Assembly: GCA_027485145.1 (NCBI GenBank) | Contig: JAIXRO010000103.1 | Coordinates: 37,244-101,243 of the forward strand | Direction of reading: 5' to 3' | DNA from: Hyphomonadaceae bacterium | GTDB lineage: Bacteria > Pseudomonadota > Alphaproteobacteria > Caulobacterales > Hyphomonadaceae | DNA: 64,000 bases | Shown: positions 63,465 to 64,000 of the stretch, piece after piece | How the letters are laid out: the number at the start of each line of letters is the position of its first letter | How positions within the stretch are numbered: position 1 is the first letter of the stretch | The notes under the pieces: model-generated | What the model saw: the letters and a program-made list of their open reading frames with translations, nothing else | Told to the model about the DNA's origin: nothing | Databases searched by the model: none | Program-made: the position numbers and the translations under genes

Positions 63465-64000
63465 TTAACTCCCGCTCCAATTGGGGGATCGTTTTTCCAT
63501 AAAAGCCAGTGGACCTTCTTTCGCGTCGTTGGTTCGCCCAACGCGCTGGGACACATCATGCTCCAACCTGAAAGCTGGGCCATTGTTCAGTACCCTGACG
63601 GCAGCTTCCTTGGCGGCTTGAACCGCAAGAGGAGCGTTGGCTGCGATCATCTCCGCGATTTCAAAAGCGCGAGGTAGCAAATTGTCTGCGGACACAATTT
63701 CATTGACCAAGCCGATTTCATAGGCGCGGTGGGCACTGATGGGCTCGCCGGTGAGCAACATTTGCATGCCGATCGCCCATGGGATCTGTTGAGGCATCCT
63801 TACATGAGTGCCTGCCCCGGGAATTATGCCCACGCGCACTTCACTCAGCCCGAACAAGGCGTGGTCGACAGCAATCCGGATGTCAGTGCCAAGCATCATC
63901 TCGAAACCACCCGCAAAACAAATCCCGTTGATAGCGGAGATGATCGGCTTGTAGACGTCGCTAAAAAACCGCTTCTCGGGGTCCGGAACGATTTCGAATT
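63465..64000 (-). CDS. Enoyl-CoA hydratase/isomerase, 3' portion (start beyond the right edge)
   Basis: KPIISAINGICFAGGFEM (read past the ORF-track start), FGLSEV..G, LLTGEPISA.RA, EGPLAF.EKR.P. Confidence 0.93.
   Translation of the reverse strand, partial: FEIVPDPEKRFFSDVYKPIISAINGICFAGGFEMMLGTDIRIAVDHALFGLSEVRVGIIPGAGTHVRMPQQIPWAIGMQMLLTGEPISAHRAYEIGLVNEIVSADNLLPRAFEIAEMIAANAPLAVQAAKEAAVRVLNNGPAFRLEHDVSQRVGRTNDAKEGPLAFMEKRSPNWSGS

Noticed and set aside
1-64000. CRISPR array, rRNA, prophage structural genes or T4SS genes
   Set aside because: No regularly spaced repeats, rRNA-like sequence, or capsid, terminase or trb motifs were seen by eye.

Overview
High-GC alphaproteobacterial DNA; the TonB-receptor-rich content suggests a Hyphomonas/Caulobacter-like host (inference). 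It divides into three parts. (1) 1-9159, left flank: a purine cluster (guaD 5' end, NUP-family lipoprotein, secreted adenosine deaminase, PhyH-type 2OG-Fe(II) oxygenase, CNT/NupC transporter), a carboxylesterase, a fused moaA/moaE relic and an NAD-dependent epimerase. (2) From 9160: a genomic island whose edge is the duplicated 3' half of tRNA-Arg(ACG). It has a P4-type integrase, MOB-P relaxase, predicted oriT, traF, an orphan vapB plus AAA ATPase, and a leading-region block (DUF736, ParB-like, three unknown small ORFs, ardA) with two long hairpins. No T4SS genes or opposite att site are in the window. (3) Cargo: patatin/bdhA, a three-cupin/peroxiredoxin/LysR locus, and a ~30 kb array of five TonB-dependent receptors. 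The array has three ROK regulators, an ECF/FecR pair and four phosphoesterase folds, but no recognisable glycoside hydrolase. An IS3 stub and lipid-catabolism genes follow. Best candidates for new biology: a possible Moco-independent purine oxidation route, a phosphodiester-scavenging PUL-like array with an unknown HxHxH protein, candidate anti-defence ORFs in the leading region, and a duplicated unknown Cys-containing protein bracketing the ECF cassette. All calls come from reading motifs by eye; no searches were run.
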